Program-made: the position numbers and the translations under genes | Shown: piece by piece, positions 63,891 through 64,000 of the stretch | Numbering within the stretch: position 1 is the stretch's first letter | Layout: every line of letters begins with the position of its first letter | Notes under the pieces: generated by a model | Databases searched by the model: none | Told to the model about the DNA's origin: nothing | The model's input: only the letters and a program-made list of their open reading frames with translations | Assembly: GCA_026390635.1 (NCBI GenBank) | Contig: JAPLFO010000143.1 | Coordinates: 1,890 to 65,889 of the forward strand | DNA length: 64,000 bases | DNA from: Ignavibacteriales bacterium | GTDB taxonomy: Bacteria; Bacteroidota; Ignavibacteria; UBA10030; UBA8401 | Reading direction: 5' to 3'

Positions 63891-64000
63891 TATAAGTTTT
63901 CTCCAATCAAAAATAAAGCCTTGTTGGACTTTATCGGATTTCACAGGTGGGCGCGGTCGCCAGTCCGTGCATCGCATGGGATGTCCACACCTCAGATAGG

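Overview
Bacterial chromosomal window with about 60 protein genes and one intact tRNA. Every call is by-eye motif recognition on the supplied ORF track and sequence; no searches were run. A T9SS-type tail remnant, the gene content and the repeat families suggest an FCB-group / Ignavibacteria-like organism, but that is a guess.

Layout:
- 0-2.7 kb: small islet with a tyrosine integrase, vapBC, a truncated tRNA-Arg-like fragment, and 58-nt hairpin-ended direct repeats bracketing the TA module.
- 2.9-7.9 kb: an AmmeMemoRadiSam operon in an unusual form. Memo and AMMECR1 are fused behind a signal peptide, the radical SAM enzyme has a Tat-like leader, and a membrane spermidine-synthase-like gene sits inside the operon.
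- 8.5-27.6 kb: one ~19-kb minus-strand signalling block. It encodes a secreted protein, a FecR-domain protein, an OM beta-barrel and a CHASE2 class III cyclase. These are followed by five tandem paralogous membrane PP2C phosphatases with unrelated sensor domains, an RsbW-like kinase, a STAS protein and a GAF-like class III cyclase. No sigma factor is present. This is my top candidate for an undescribed system.
- 28-33.4 kb: a GT4 / metallophosphoesterase / HAD operon convergent with a GH15-like gene.
- 34.3-42.7 kb: a complete Pho locus (phoU-pstBACS-porin, divergent phoBR), followed by tRNA-Leu(TAG).
- 43-49 kb: a repeat-riddled accessory stretch (VOC, SpoVG, WYL regulator, TerB-like, gene fragments).
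- 49.2-57 kb: a NuoE/NuoF-like operon with a fused 2Fe2S-GltD-4Fe4S-MopB subunit (Bfu/Sfr-like), interrupted by a GxxExxY gene bounded by inverted repeats.
- 57-64 kb: DNA glycosylase, DoxX, and a Tat/Sec-exported sugar-oxidoreductase cluster.

At least four short palindromic repeat families are scattered through the intergenic regions. No rRNA, CRISPR array, transposase or phage structural genes were seen.
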